Assembly (NCBI RefSeq): GCF_006345805.1
Contig: NC_043001.1
Span: 47,244,001-47,308,000, forward strand
DNA: 64,000 nucleotides
DNA from: Octopus sinensis
Taxonomy: Eukaryota
Direction of reading: 5' to 3'
Positions 25,597-38,619 of this stretch are shown here, in pieces (within the stretch, counting starts at the first letter, position 1; each line of letters begins with the position of its first letter). A program made the position numbers and the translations under genes. A model generated the notes under the pieces. It worked only from the letters and a program-made list of their open reading frames with translations, was not told the origin of the DNA and made no database searches.

Positions 25597-26117
25597 GCAA
25601 TAATAATCCTCTGAACGAGATGTAAACAGTAATTGCTCAACAACGTAAAGTATACTAGCTATCTCAATATGGCTAACCACTAAGGGTGGGTGTTACTGTA
25701 GCTTTTAGCCCCAGGAGATCATCGTCTCCAGCTGGCTTTAGGCACACTTTCTGTGCACTTATGGTATTTGCAAAGGGAGGTCATCCCTCCCTCGTCAACC
25801 TAAGTGATACGCACGGACTGCAGTTTCTAGGTATTTGCCTGTCTTCGACGTACGGCAATCACCGGTTTTCGATGAAGGGAGACCGTTTGAAAATACTTAT
25901 TTATTGTTTTTCCAGTAACTTCCGTCACTGATTTCGAAAAACTGTCTGCAAGCAATAATAAATCTCTGAACGAGATGTAAACAGTAACTGCTCGACAGCG
26001 GGCACAGAAAGTGTGCCGAAAGCCAGCTGGAGACGATGATCTCCTGGGGCTAAAAGCTACAGTAACATCCACCCTTAGTGGTTAGCCATATTGAGATGGC
26101 TAGTATACTTTACATTG
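25597..26117. mobile_element. Direct-plus-inverted repeat cassette between TA tracts (PLE-like arrangement)
   Basis: 46-bp direct repeats 25597-25642 and 25952-25997; 116-bp inverted repeats 25641-25756 and 26002-26117 with 4 mismatches. Confidence 0.6.
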
Positions 26118-26234
26118 TATATATATAGTTAACTGAGAATGTGTTTGAGTGTCTGTCTGTATGTGTGTATCACTAAAACTCGAGAACTAACCAGGTACTT
26201 GATATAAAAGACATCCTACTACATATACTGAGTG

Positions 26235-26297
<63 letters not shown>

Positions 26298-26830
26298 ATG
26301 GAGGTGGAAATATATAAAAATTTGATTTGTATAGATCTCTAATCTTTTTTCAACTCCAGGCATAAGGTTTTAGACAGCCCGAGGCCATAGCAGAAGATAC
26401 TTGCCCAAGTTGCTAAGCAGTGGGACTGAACCTGGAATCATGTGGCAGATAAACAAATTTCTTACCACATAGCAACGCCTGCGCCATTGGATATTAGCCA
26501 ACCATCCCTTTCTTGGTCTATCCCTAAGGTCTCCTAGTAATAGTGGTGGAAGTGAGAGTAATGTTAATGGAGATAGTGACGGAGGTGGAGATGAAATTAA
26601 TGCTGATGGAAATAAATGTTAGCAGCGTTGGTGATGGAGGTAGTGTTGGGTGTGCAGGTAAGTACAGGTGTGAAAATGATATTGGTGGTATTGAGGTGAT
26701 GACAATGTAGGTAAACAGTGACAGTGGATAGTCTAGTGTTAGAATTGGTGTTAGTTGTGATGTCAAAAATGGTCATAGTAGAGGTGGTTGTAGTGATAGT
26801 AGAACTATAGTAGTTTTGGCTCATCATCAT

Positions 26831-26880
<50 letters not shown>

Positions 26881-27112
26881 AGAGGATACTTTGGTTGCTA
26901 TTTTTAGCGTGTCGAGCGACCAGGTAAAGGCTCTTTCGTTGGTTCGATTGCATGATGCGATGTTTTACACACACACATATATATATGTATATATATCATC
27001 GGTAGAAGTTAGAGAATAAGTCAAAAGCTAAGTTTCGTGTATTGGCGCTTATCAAACACGAATTTAGTCATTGTAACTTCTGCCTATTTTTATTAATATG
27101 TGTGTGTGTGTG

Positions 27113-27192
<80 letters not shown>

Positions 27193-27557
27193 GATACATT
27201 CTCATATGTGTTGCTATAAAAACATCTCTGGTTATTAAGAAGGGTTTTGTTAGGGGAGATCTTCAGTTAAAATTTTTCTGTTGTCGAAGATTCATCGTTT
27301 TGTCAATGGACCCAGAAGTTGTTGTTCGCAAACACCAGCAGTAAATTTCTTCAGCTGAATACACGTCATTGATTGGTTAAAATTACCCCAAAACGACAAC
27401 TTTAACACGAAATAACTTCTAAAATACCAAATGTTGTCAAAAACGTTAGGAGTAAAACACTGTTCTACGTGACACATTCAACCAGTATCCGAAGTTTCAA
27501 AGTGTTTAGTTTACAAAAAATTAATTCAAAAATCTGTGCTTGAGATAGAAAAGATCC

Positions 27558-27591
<34 letters not shown>

Positions 27592-27631
27592 ATAATAGTA
27601 GTAGTAGTAATAGTAGTAGTAGTAGTTGTTA

Positions 27632-27673
<42 letters not shown>

Positions 27674-29353
27674 AAATTGATATTGTGATGGCGACGGTGA
27701 TGGTGATAGTAGTAGTAGTAGTTGTTGCAACGATAGTAGAAGCAGTGATGGTGGTGGTGTTAGTATTAGTAGCGGTAGTGGTAGTGGTGCTGCTTGTGGT
27801 GGTGGTGGTGATGGAGGTCGTCGTCGTCGTCGTAGTAGTAGTAATAGTAGTAGTAGAAGTTTAGTTGGCAAGGAAAGGCAGTAGGTACTTAGTAGTATTT
27901 ACAATCTGAGTTCAAATTTCATCGTTTGTCTTCCTTCCATGGTAAATAAAATTGTTTACCAGTGAAGTTACGGTGTTCATTTAAATTGACTGCAAACTCC
28001 TCCTGCCTTCTTATCTGTTTCTTCCTCTCCCTTTGTCTCAGTCCATCTGCCACCCCGGCGCAGAAAAAACAAAACAAAAAAAAAAAGAAACAAACAAAAT
28101 GATTGTGTCCTTGGACTGCTTACATTACGAAATATTGTTCTTATAGTCATTATTCAGACAGTATCCCCAGAGAAATAAATATTCCAGAAGAAGAAGAAGA
28201 AGAAGAAGAAGAAGAAGAAGAAGAGGAGGGAAACATCAGGGAGGAAGTAGGAGAGACAAAAAAGAAGAGTGGGGAAATATCAACGAAGAAACCAGAAGAA
28301 GACAAGGAAGGGGAGGCATAAGAGGAAGAGTAGGAGAAAATGAAGAAGAAAAGGAGGAGGAAGAGAGGTGGAAAACAATAGGGTGGAAGGCGGAGAGAGA
28401 AAAAAGAAGAGTTGGGGAATCATCAAGGGAGCAATTAGGAGGTGGAGGACGAGGAGAATTGATAGGGTGGGGGCATCATGGAAGAAAGTAGGAGAGAAGA
28501 TAAAGAAGTGGCGGAGGATGAGGATGAGGAGGTCAGCTGAGAAATCGGAGAAGGAATTAGAAAGGGAGAGAAGAAGGACTGGAGGAAGAGAAGGAGATAG
28601 AGACAGAGAGAAAGGATATAAGAGTGGGATGAAAGAAGCGAGGAGGATAAAAGAAGGAAAAGAAAAGACTAGACGTAGTAAAAGAAGTAATAAGTCTCTG
28701 TGAAGGAAATAGTGAATTAAGTGCTAACGCATACGTCATGCAGCGAGTACGACGGAAACGCTTATTTTGTTGTATTAATAAATATGCTGCTGACTGACAT
28801 TGACCAGCGGTAATCAAAGATTTACCAAATATGGTAATCTGGGTTTTATGACGTAATAACGATTTCTTTTTACTGGGCACAAGGCCATTTTTTTTTTATT
28901 ACGTTTCAGAAGATAAATGTCTAAGTCGGTTGAAACGAGCACTTAACCGTCGTAGTTTTACTGATACTCTACTAGTAATTAATAAAACGGTGAAATAGAA
29001 GAGTTGTAAATTGCTTTGCGGTATTCGTTCCAGCTTTCTTGTGCTTTGATTTCAAGTCCCGCCGGTCGCCGGTGTTAACTTTTACCTTTCATCCTTTCGG
29101 GATTTTGTAAGTAGAGCTTGTCAGCAATTGACGGCTGATGACGCACTTCTTCTTCTTCTTCTACTTTTCTTCTTCTTCTTCTTCTTCTTCTTCTGTCCTT
29201 CATTACTTTCACTAATTCTTTCTTCATTGACGTTTCTTACTTTCGACTTCCTCCTCATCCTCTTCTCCTCATTGTATGGAATGAACATGTAATTCAAATA
29301 TCTATCCATATCACATAGCGTCACAAGGCCAGTAGTTTTGATGGAAAGGAACT

Positions 29354-29510
29354 ACATTATTTACATTATTTACATTTGACGAATATTTGTCCTCATCTTG
29401 TTTATTGTTAACACAACGTTTCGGCTGATATACCTTTCAGCCTTCATCAGGTATCTTGGGAAAATTTCGAACCTGGGTTCTCATTCCTAAGGTATTTTTC
29501 GATGATGTTA

Positions 29511-29564
<54 letters not shown>

Positions 29565-29636
29565 TCACTGTCTGGAATCGAACTCGGAATCTTGAGATTA
29601 GCAGCTTGCGCTCTTAACCACTACGCCATATGCCCG
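29354..29636 (-). mobile_element. tRNA-headed SINE-like element: tRNA head, (AAT)n, body with hammerhead motif, AATGTAAAT tail
   Basis: Minus strand TGGCGTAGTGGTTAAGAGC...GTTCGATTCC head; HHR at 29410-29455; second copy at 34583-34865. Confidence 0.75.
29410..29455 (-). ncRNA. Minimal type I hammerhead ribozyme candidate
   Basis: GATAC-CTGATGA-A-GGCTGA-aaggtata-TCAGCC-GAAA-CG-TT-GTGTT: intact core, 6-bp stem II, 5-bp stem I (two G-U), palindromic AACGTT in place of stem III, one extra A after A9. Confidence 0.65.
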
Positions 29637-29689
29637 TAAATAATATACATAATTCCTCATCTCTTAAATATAGAACTGGGAAGAAACTA

Positions 29690-30085
29690 TTCGATTACAT
29701 CGCTCCCAGTAATTTTCTGGTACTTATTTTATCGACCCCAAAATGATGAAAGGCAAAGTCGACCTCGGCAGTATTTGAACTCACAAAGTAAAGAACCGGA
29801 AAAAATGCCACTAAGCATTTCTTCCCGCGCCGGTAATAATTCCATCGACTCACCACTTTGATAATCCTTCCTACTATAGATACAAGATCCGAAATTTTGG
29901 GGGGAGAAACAGTCGATTTTATCGGCCTCCTTACTTGACTGGTACATATTTGTCGACCTCGAAAACAGGATGAAAAAGGCAAAGGCGACCATGGTAGAAT
30001 TTGAATTCAAAACGTAAAGACGGAAGGCAAAAATGCTGCTAAGCATTTTATCTGGCACGGTAACAATTCTACCAGTTCTCCACTT
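29690..30085 (-). mobile_element. Two tandem SINE family A copies
   Basis: Two GAAAGGCAAA/GAATTTGAA/CTAAGCATTT blocks. Confidence 0.7.
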
Positions 30086-30550
30086 TATTAGAGTCCAAGG
30101 ATTACGAAAAAAGTAGACGTGTCTGTGGAATGATTACACAGCTACTCACACGTTATGAATAGGAATTCAATTAATGAAGCAGTATAGTGCTCATCGTTAA
30201 ACCGGCAGAGAATGTTCCAGTATCACTACCACTAGAAACACCACCTCCTCCTTCACCATCACTGCCATAACCACCACTGCTCCCATCACTACCTCTGCCA
30301 TCACCACTACAGTCATCTTTCATAAGTTGTGAGTTAAAACCTACCAAAGCAATTGGGGACATAGACATTAAATACCAATCAAATGTTTCTTTTAACATCA
30401 TATGCTCGACAAACGAGCTTTGCTGGTTTCTTTGACCAGCGGTTTGTATTTGTGAAGGAATTTTCGCGGTAGAATACAAAGATGGTTTCTTGTTGCCTTC
30501 TACCGAGTTGATTTTGTTGCTGTTGTTGCTGTTACCGTTTTGTAACTAGA

Positions 30551-30925
30551 TAGGCGTAGGAGTGGCTGTGTGGTAAGTTCAGTCCCACTCCGTGGCACCT
30601 TGGGCAAGTGCCTTCTACAATAGCCTCGGGCCGACCAAAGCCTAGTGAGTAGATTTGGTAGACAGAAACTGAAAGAAGCCCGTCGTATATATATTTACAT
30701 ATGTATGTGTGTGTATGTGTTTGCGTGTCTGTGTTTATCCCCCCAACATTGCTTGACAACCGATGGTGGTGTGTTTACGTCCCCGTAACTTAGCGGTTCG
30801 GCAAAAGAGACCGATAGAATAAGTGCTGGGCTTACAAAAAAAGAATAAGTCCTGCTGTCGATTTGCTCGACTAAAGGCGGTGATTTAGCATGGCCACAGT
30901 CAAATGACTGAAACAAGTAAAAGAG
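30551..30925 (+). mobile_element. SINE family B, near full length, short internal microsatellite
   Basis: GGCGTAGGAGTGGCTGTGTGGTAAG...GGCACCTTGGGCAAG...AAGCCCGTCGTATA...GGTTCGGCAAAAGAGACC...AAACAAGTAAAAGA. Confidence 0.85.
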
Positions 30926-31889
30926 TTAAAGAGATAGATTGCCTCACAGTATTCGTTCCGACATGAGGTACTCTGAGTTCTAATACCGCAGAGGTTAACT
31001 TTGCTTTTCATCCTTTCGGGATTAGTTACTACTAATCCAGGGTAATGAATTAGTAGTAACTGCAGAAACATCGGACCATATGTCTCGTGGTATTTGTTCC
31101 GTTTCTTTGCGTTCTGAGTTCAAATCTCGCAGTGATCTTCTTGGATGGTAGACTCAATCCATTACCAGGTTTAACATCTCTACTGCATGCATTCGGATCA
31201 AGTCTCCGGTTTCAGGATACCTTCTTCCGTCCACTCACTAATTTCGGAGGCCCTGTGAAGGGACATAGGCATTGCCTTTCCTGTTGGTTAGATGCACACC
31301 AGTTCACAAGACCTTCTTACGCAGTCACAATGTAAAGAAAAAATACAGCTAAGTTGTGTTCGTCATGAAATTTTCGTGAGTGAATACAAACGTGGTTTCC
31401 CGTTTCTTTCATTGCTCCGCCCCCTTTCAGAAACGACCGATTTCTCGGCAGAATAGAAACGTCCACCAAGCCTACGTCTGTGATAAGAACGTAGAAAAGA
31501 ACAAGAATAAATAACACCAGAACATTATGCCCAACGTTTCAACAATTCTTGCAAGCTAATGTCCCGGACTGCAGTTATTGTTATCTATCCCCGGAAGAAT
31601 AAAAGATAAAGCTTATTTTGAACTCAGAACGGAAAGAACCGAAGCAAGTATTTGCAAGACATTTTCATTTGACGCAGTTACGATTCTGCTCATTCATCAC
31701 CAATCAGGTACTGGGCCGATTATTATTATTAACTGTATGTGTCATCACTCCAAAATACGTGTCATTGCGCCGATATTAGAAATCGATATACGAAAGTGAA
31801 TGGAATATTTAGGTTAGTTCAATTAATTAATCAGTTGTTAATTATTAATTGTATACATCTATTCATTCGATTTCTGACTCTATTACGCC

Positions 31890-31891
31890 AC

Positions 31892-31974
<83 letters not shown>

Positions 31975-31999
31975 CCTACCTACCTACCTACCTATCTAC

Positions 32000-32097
<98 letters not shown>

Positions 32098-32225
32098 GTC
32101 TGTCTGTCTGCCTGTCTGTCTGTCTGTCTGCCTGTCTGTCTGTTGTCTGTCTGTCTGTCTGCCTGTCTGCCTGCCTGTCTGTCTGTATGTCCGTCCGTCC
32201 GTCTAACCATCCATCCATCCATCCA
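31890..32225. repeat. Compound tetranucleotide array (TATC/TACC/TGTC/TGCC/TCCG/TCCA)
   Basis: Direct inspection. Confidence 0.95.
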
Positions 32226-34220
32226 TCAAAAATAACGAGTCTCTGATGTTGGCACAAAGCCAGACATTCAAACGCGGTCCTTCGATCTATTAGAAATAAC
32301 AGTTAAATCTCCTTCAAATAACATATGAGGTATTTAGTCCTATATATCTTTAACATTACAGGATGATCACAGCTGGAATGTCTTTGACTAAACACAACAA
32401 ATTAATATGGCGGAAAGATAAAAGGCAACGTTAATGATATTTGAACTCGTATGTGAGTTTCAGACACTGATATATTCAGACCAGGGATCCTCATCTTAGC
32501 TGTTATAATCACAACATTTCAGCTGCATCCTCTTATCTTCTTCGTGCCTGTCGTACATTGGAATTTTGTCTGAATTTCAAACTGAACCCTTTATTAAATT
32601 CACGTTATCGAATGCAACAAGCACTTGAAGAAAGACTAGAAGGTATAACGACCAAAGCGTCTGAGGGACATTTTATCTAGGGTACACAATTTTTTTCAGG
32701 TCTTCTAAATATGAATGCTAATCTTCAATATCTGCAAACATTTTCTATGATCCTAAAGAATTTCTGGGTGCGGTTACCAGGGCTAGAAATTTCTTGGAAT
32801 CTTGGAAAATGTTTGCATATATTGCATTCCCTCACTGGTAAGACTTAGATCTTGACAGGTACTTATTTTATAGATCCCGAAAGGATGAAAGGCAAATTCG
32901 ACCTTGGCAGCATTTGAACACTTTCATAAATTCTGAGTTTCCCACTGTTACATTGATTTGATGGGATAGGGGATGTATAGTCAATTAAATCGACACCACC
33001 TTTTGACTAATACCTGTTCTATTGGCCACATAAAGATAAAAAGCAATAAAATCTATTTTGGCAAGACATGAGCTTAAAATGTAAATTACCAAATAGCCAC
33101 TTAGCAACTTGTGTACCTTCGCGGAGTCCACATTTTTTTGCAAGGATTCGGGCCAGGGCTCCTGATTGAGGATACTTTCCTCAATCCCTCCCTTCGACCA
33201 CTCTCGGAGGCCCTGAATAGAGACATGGACAATACCTTCCTTACTGATTAAGAAATAAAGAATAATAAGTCTTACCCTGTAAAAGCAGTAAAATAGTATA
33301 CTGCGCTGCTTATCTTGTGAGAACCTTTCATATGGATTTGTGGTGCATAACAGCATTCGTATTTATGCAGTTGACAGGTGAAAACCGTCTTCTACGGCTG
33401 CCGGAACTGCCAGACTATGGGATTCCACTCTGCTTGGTCTCCTCAGTGGCAGATTTCCGGTAGTGACATAATGGCCGAATCTCCCCGTCAACAATATACA
33501 GAATTCCAGTGTCTGTTCAGGCACTGATGTCGCAAATAGCCAGTGAGCTTATTACAAAATAATTAATCGCAACAGAAGTAGTATTGATATCAAAGGGCAA
33601 TCTTTACCTCCAACTTAACGTGGATTGTTGATGTAAATACGAGTGATCTTGTGCACCACGAGTGCATATGACAAGTCCTCTCAAGATAATTAACGCAGTA
33701 TTCTGTGTTCTAACACAACATCCAGTCTGCACGTGGTGGTGGTGGTGGTGGTGGTGGTGGTGGTGGAGTGCATAATGGAGATGATAGCTGTTTCATTTTC
33801 TTTCTAGCATGTATTTACTTATGGAATTACTACAGCGTGCCCTTCGACCATTGCGTTATAATTTCTTACCAACGAATCCGTAAGAAGATAAATTCGGATT
33901 ACGACCCCAATAGATTATAGGCAGAACGAGGAGGTAAATCTCCACATGGTTATTCAATCTGCTAGAAATAACTGCTAAATCTCTCTCACTCTCAAATAAC
34001 ATGACACTATCTTCAAAAATGCAAAAGCATCACATTACATAAGGTAATCTTCCACAGATACTCATGAAAAGTAGGAGTTGGTATGGTTACGACTAGAATA
34101 TCTTTGTTCATAAGTTTGCTCAGGCAAGGTTAGCTTGGGCTAAACAGCAACAACAAATGATATTCATTTTATAAACATTCCTCCCACAACCAACCAACAA
34201 ATCAAACAATAGCTCTAACC

Positions 34221-34548
34221 CAAGGGTTGTCAACCATTTTTATCTATGGACACCTTTGTTTATTATCTTAATCTGGTGGACCCCATAATCATTCGATGTT
34301 TAAAAACTAGTTTTATAGAAACTTCTTTTAAAATTCCAATATTGTTTTTCACACATCAATTTGTGTAGGTTGAACTATGTAAAATACTAGAAAAAGAAAC
34401 CCAGCTGTTTCTTACAATACATACCAATACATACATCTAAAGCCAAATGTTTTCAGAGCCCTTAAAATATTATTCTGGATCCCCAATTTACTATTATGTT
34501 GCGTGCACCCCAACCAAATCCTATATGAACCCTGGTTGAGAACCACTG
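34221..34548. mobile_element. hAT-type MITE
   Basis: Termini CAAGGGTTGTCAACC and GGTTGAGAACCACTG; 8-bp flanks CTCTAACC and TTCTAACC (7/8 TSD). Confidence 0.8.
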
Positions 34549-34582
34549 TTCTAACCGAACAGAATGAAAAACAAAAGAGCTT

Positions 34583-34745
34583 ACTTTATTTACATTATTT
34601 ACAATTGGCGTATATTTGTCCTCATCTTGTTTGTTGTTAACACAACGTTTCGGCTGATATATCCTTCAGCATTCATTAGGTGTCTTGGGGAAATTTCGAA
34701 CCTGGGTTCTCATTCCTAAGGTATTTTTTGATGTTGTTGTTGTTG

Positions 34746-34789
<44 letters not shown>

Positions 34790-34865
34790 ATTCAGGTCAC
34801 TGATTGGAATCGAACTTTGGAATCTTGTGGTTAGTAGCCTGTGCTCTTAACCACTACGCCATATA
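34583..34865 (-). mobile_element. Second copy of the tRNA-headed HHR-bearing element
   Basis: Colinear with 29354-29636; HHR core mutated (CTAATGA; first stem II base G to T). Confidence 0.75.
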
Positions 34866-35099
34866 GTAAGTAAAACAACTTTCACATATTTCGGTTACTG
34901 AAATTCATCCACGTTGGGACTCCGTTTAATAAGATTAGCCGAGCAAAACATCTCCAGTATTTATCATAAGTCTGTTACTCATTCTCGGCGTTAGACAAAC
35001 ACAAACACACACGTCTTACACGCGTGCACACACACACATATATGTGTGTGTGTATGAGTATATACACACACACACACACACACACCACACACACACACA

Positions 35100-35178
<79 letters not shown>

Positions 35179-35179
35179 T

Positions 35180-35395
35180 CGCCATGTTGATTCGCTAGCT
35201 TCTGCACGCATTTTTTTTCTCTCCTTGTTTCTTTCTGTGTTTCTTTTCTGTGTATCTTTCTGTTGAAGAGCGTAGACTCGAAACGTAAAAGACTTGTTTT
35301 ATTTATATTCCTGAGCGCCATACTAATACAATTGTTTGTTTATATTCCACCTGCCTTCGTCTTTTGTTTATTTTCATAAAGCTTCCCGTTATATA
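35180..35395 (+). mobile_element. PLE terminal repeat with minimal hammerhead-like motif (35255-35292)
   Basis: TCTTT-CTGTTGA-A-GAG-cgtaga-CTC-GAAA-CG-TA-AAAGA; homologous to 10150-10340. Confidence 0.65.
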
Positions 35396-35405
35396 TACAA
35401 ATATG

Positions 35406-35436
<31 letters not shown>

Positions 35437-36338
35437 TGTGTGTGTGTGTGCGTGCACGCGTACTGATTCGTGCTCTTGTTCACTTTGGTGACGTCTATAT
35501 TTCTGCCTTTAGGTTGTAAAATTGTGAATTAGCCACCCATATTACACACAAACACACACACAGACTTATACGTATACAAATAAATATATACATATGCATA
35601 TACATATGTGCACGTCTGCGCACGCGCGTGTGAGTAAAGTGACATGGAACTTTCAAAGCTACAAATCATGGAATATAACATAATTACATCTTAACTCCGA
35701 GTTTCTCTTAGGCAGAGGCACATGACCCTAGTGATTGATGGGTGACGTTTGAGAGAATTGAATAGGGGCGGACAAAGAGCCATGTTTAGTAAAAGGAAGA
35801 TAGTGTTATACTCTTGAAACTTGTCCAACATGACAGTATTAATTTGGCTGTAAATTCTAATTTATTTCCTCGTTAATAAAGGCGGTGGCGGGGAGGGAAT
35901 TTTAGGTCGGACTGATATTGGATAGTTTGAGTGCTATTACCTTAACTTTTGTTACCATAAGGTTAGGAATGTGCAATGAAAGGCAGAGCGAGAGTGGCTA
36001 TAGACATCTAAATCATTGCTACTACGTGATTATATCATTACATTGAAAAGTAATGAAAGATGTAGGAAGAGGAGGGGGAGGAAGACGAAGAAGATGAAGA
36101 AGAAGAACAACAACAACAAGAAACGACTTGAGTAACTCATCGTTAGCAATAATAATAAAAACTATGATAATAGTTATAGCAACGGCGCTCAAGTCTATAA
36201 ACGGTAAAGAATTTTCTTGCATGGAAAAAAAAAATCCCAACCCCTACAAACCACACTTTCCCGGAAGAATCTTTTTTTATCACCGTCCCCCCAACCTCAC
36301 TACCTATCTCACACCTTTCTCTTTCATATACACACGCT

Positions 36339-36373
<35 letters not shown>

Positions 36374-38585
36374 TTCACTCTCTCCCCACCCCACCCTCCA
36401 CACACACACACACAAACGCATACACTCACGCACATAATTCTTCTTTTAGATACCAAATACCACGTATTTCTCACGGGGTTCTTCAGAAGTCTGTGCTGGC
36501 TATAATCAGCTAAATAGGAGAAAACACAGACATGCATAAATTTCTTTCAACAGATTAATAAATACAGAAAACTGCCATGACGGCGGTATTTCTCGCTGCT
36601 ACTATTACTACCATTGTATATAGCCCTAGGCCAGTCCTCATTAAAGCACGCCAATTTTCAAAAACATTTTACTCATAAATATGCCATCATCATATCAGAC
36701 GTTGTGTATCTTTTTTACTTCATTTTATATTTCTTAACTAGTAGAGTGTGATTCGTGAGGCATTTAGCTGTTATTCTTAGTAAGTCGGGTCTTTGAGGCG
36801 GCAGCGGCAGAGTTGGCGGCAGCGGTGGCGGCGGCGGTGTTAGTGGTGGCGGCGGCGATGTATTGCAGACACCTCATTTATGTGTTCGTCTGCCAAGATA
36901 TTCTGCTTGTAGCGTACAAATCAACCTACTTACCTACCTAACAGCCGTACTTAGCAACATGCACGGCCTTATATTTGCCCCCATTTTCTATTTGTACCTC
37001 TCCTTCTCTCTTTTACTCTTACCCTACCCCTTTTTTCACGCATACATGTTATGTGCCTATACACACACACACGCACACACATACACATACTGATATATCT
37101 GATTATTTACGTGCTACTTATTTACTTGCTATCTTAGCCTTTCTGATTTCCATGGCACGATATTCTTGATGATTTGGATAAACACAGCTTTTAATTTAAT
37201 GTAATTTAATTATATTCAACAGCTGTTTCGTCACTTGTTATGAAACACGTTTCAGAATGTTTTCTTCAGTATTTGAACGATCGTGCAGCTTCTGATTGTG
37301 ATTTGGTTCTCTTTTGCTCATCTGTCAGCAAACGCAGTGCAAACTTTGCGGCAACCCAAAGGTTTTAAAAGTCATGTGGCTTTAACCTTTACACATGACT
37401 ACTTATTCGGAAACTCCATAGAGTCAGGCAACAATTTTCACTGATAATGCCCGTTGTTCAGTGGATAATGCCCGTTGTTGTGAAACGTTTTCTAGATTTA
37501 GGATAGTTTTAGGTGAAAGTTATTTTAGATTTTGAATGCAAAAACAACTCGTGACATTGTCCACATCTTAAAAACTCCTTCCACAACTATCTTACAGCAT
37601 TCAAAACAGGATTTCACATAAATATGCTCTTACAAATCCTTCATTGTTCAAATTACAACAACTCTCCGAGTGCACCAATAAATGTAAATCTACGTAGGAG
37701 ACATAACAAATTTATCTATTCCTCTGCAAACTGACACCCCGCCACAAAAAAAGAAGCAAAAACAAAAAAAAAACAAACAAACAAAAACAAAAGAAAGAAC
37801 AAAAACAAATGAACGGCCTTAATCAATTTCGACCCGTATTGGTGTCTCATCAGAGGAGTCTACATCACTTGACCAATCCCAGAAAAACAAACAGCCAATC
37901 CGTTTACATACACATGAAATCCAATAGCTCCAGAAAAACAGGAGTCACGAATTTGCACAATTGAAGTGTTTAACACTTTATTTACTTTATATACCTTAAC
38001 ATAATATTTACTTTAGTAAGTGTAAGGCGTGTACCTAGATCATTTGAGGTGGTGTCATATGGCTACTAATAGAATTAAAGTCAAGAGCACCATCCCTACA
38101 CTGCATTTAATCTCAAGTACGCTGCGCTAGACGTTTTTGAACACAACTTGTATATCATTTTAGGTTGTACACCGATAACGTGGTTAACAAAACTTATTGT
38201 GGAATATGATATATTTTCCTTTTTGGACAATTCTTGTTGTCACATACATTAGCGTTTCGTCTTATTCTGCTCCGTTCTAATATTACAATTCTGTAGAGCC
38301 ATTTGTCTGGGACTATATTGATAACATTTTCGTTATTTAAATTAATTTTTTACTGTATCAAAATATTCATTTCTCATCTCAACCAAACGGCTCCTTATTT
38401 GCATAACTTTACTTCTATCTATATCTTGCAGCTCTATCCACTCCAGATCCACTGTATTGTCTTCTGTCTATGGAGTTTCAATATCATGTATCCTACTTGC
38501 TAAGCTGTGTCGTCGTATTATCAATGTTTAGCAGTTTACTGCTGCCACTACTATTTTATTGCTGGTACTGCTGCCACTGCTGCCG

Positions 38586-38619
<34 letters not shown>

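Noticed and set aside
28103-28703. Glu/Lys/Arg-rich ORFs
   Set aside because: Purine-rich low-complexity tract.
33370-33530. GC-richer unique segment with a short open frame
   Set aside because: Under 60 codons, no recognisable domain, no convincing splice pair.
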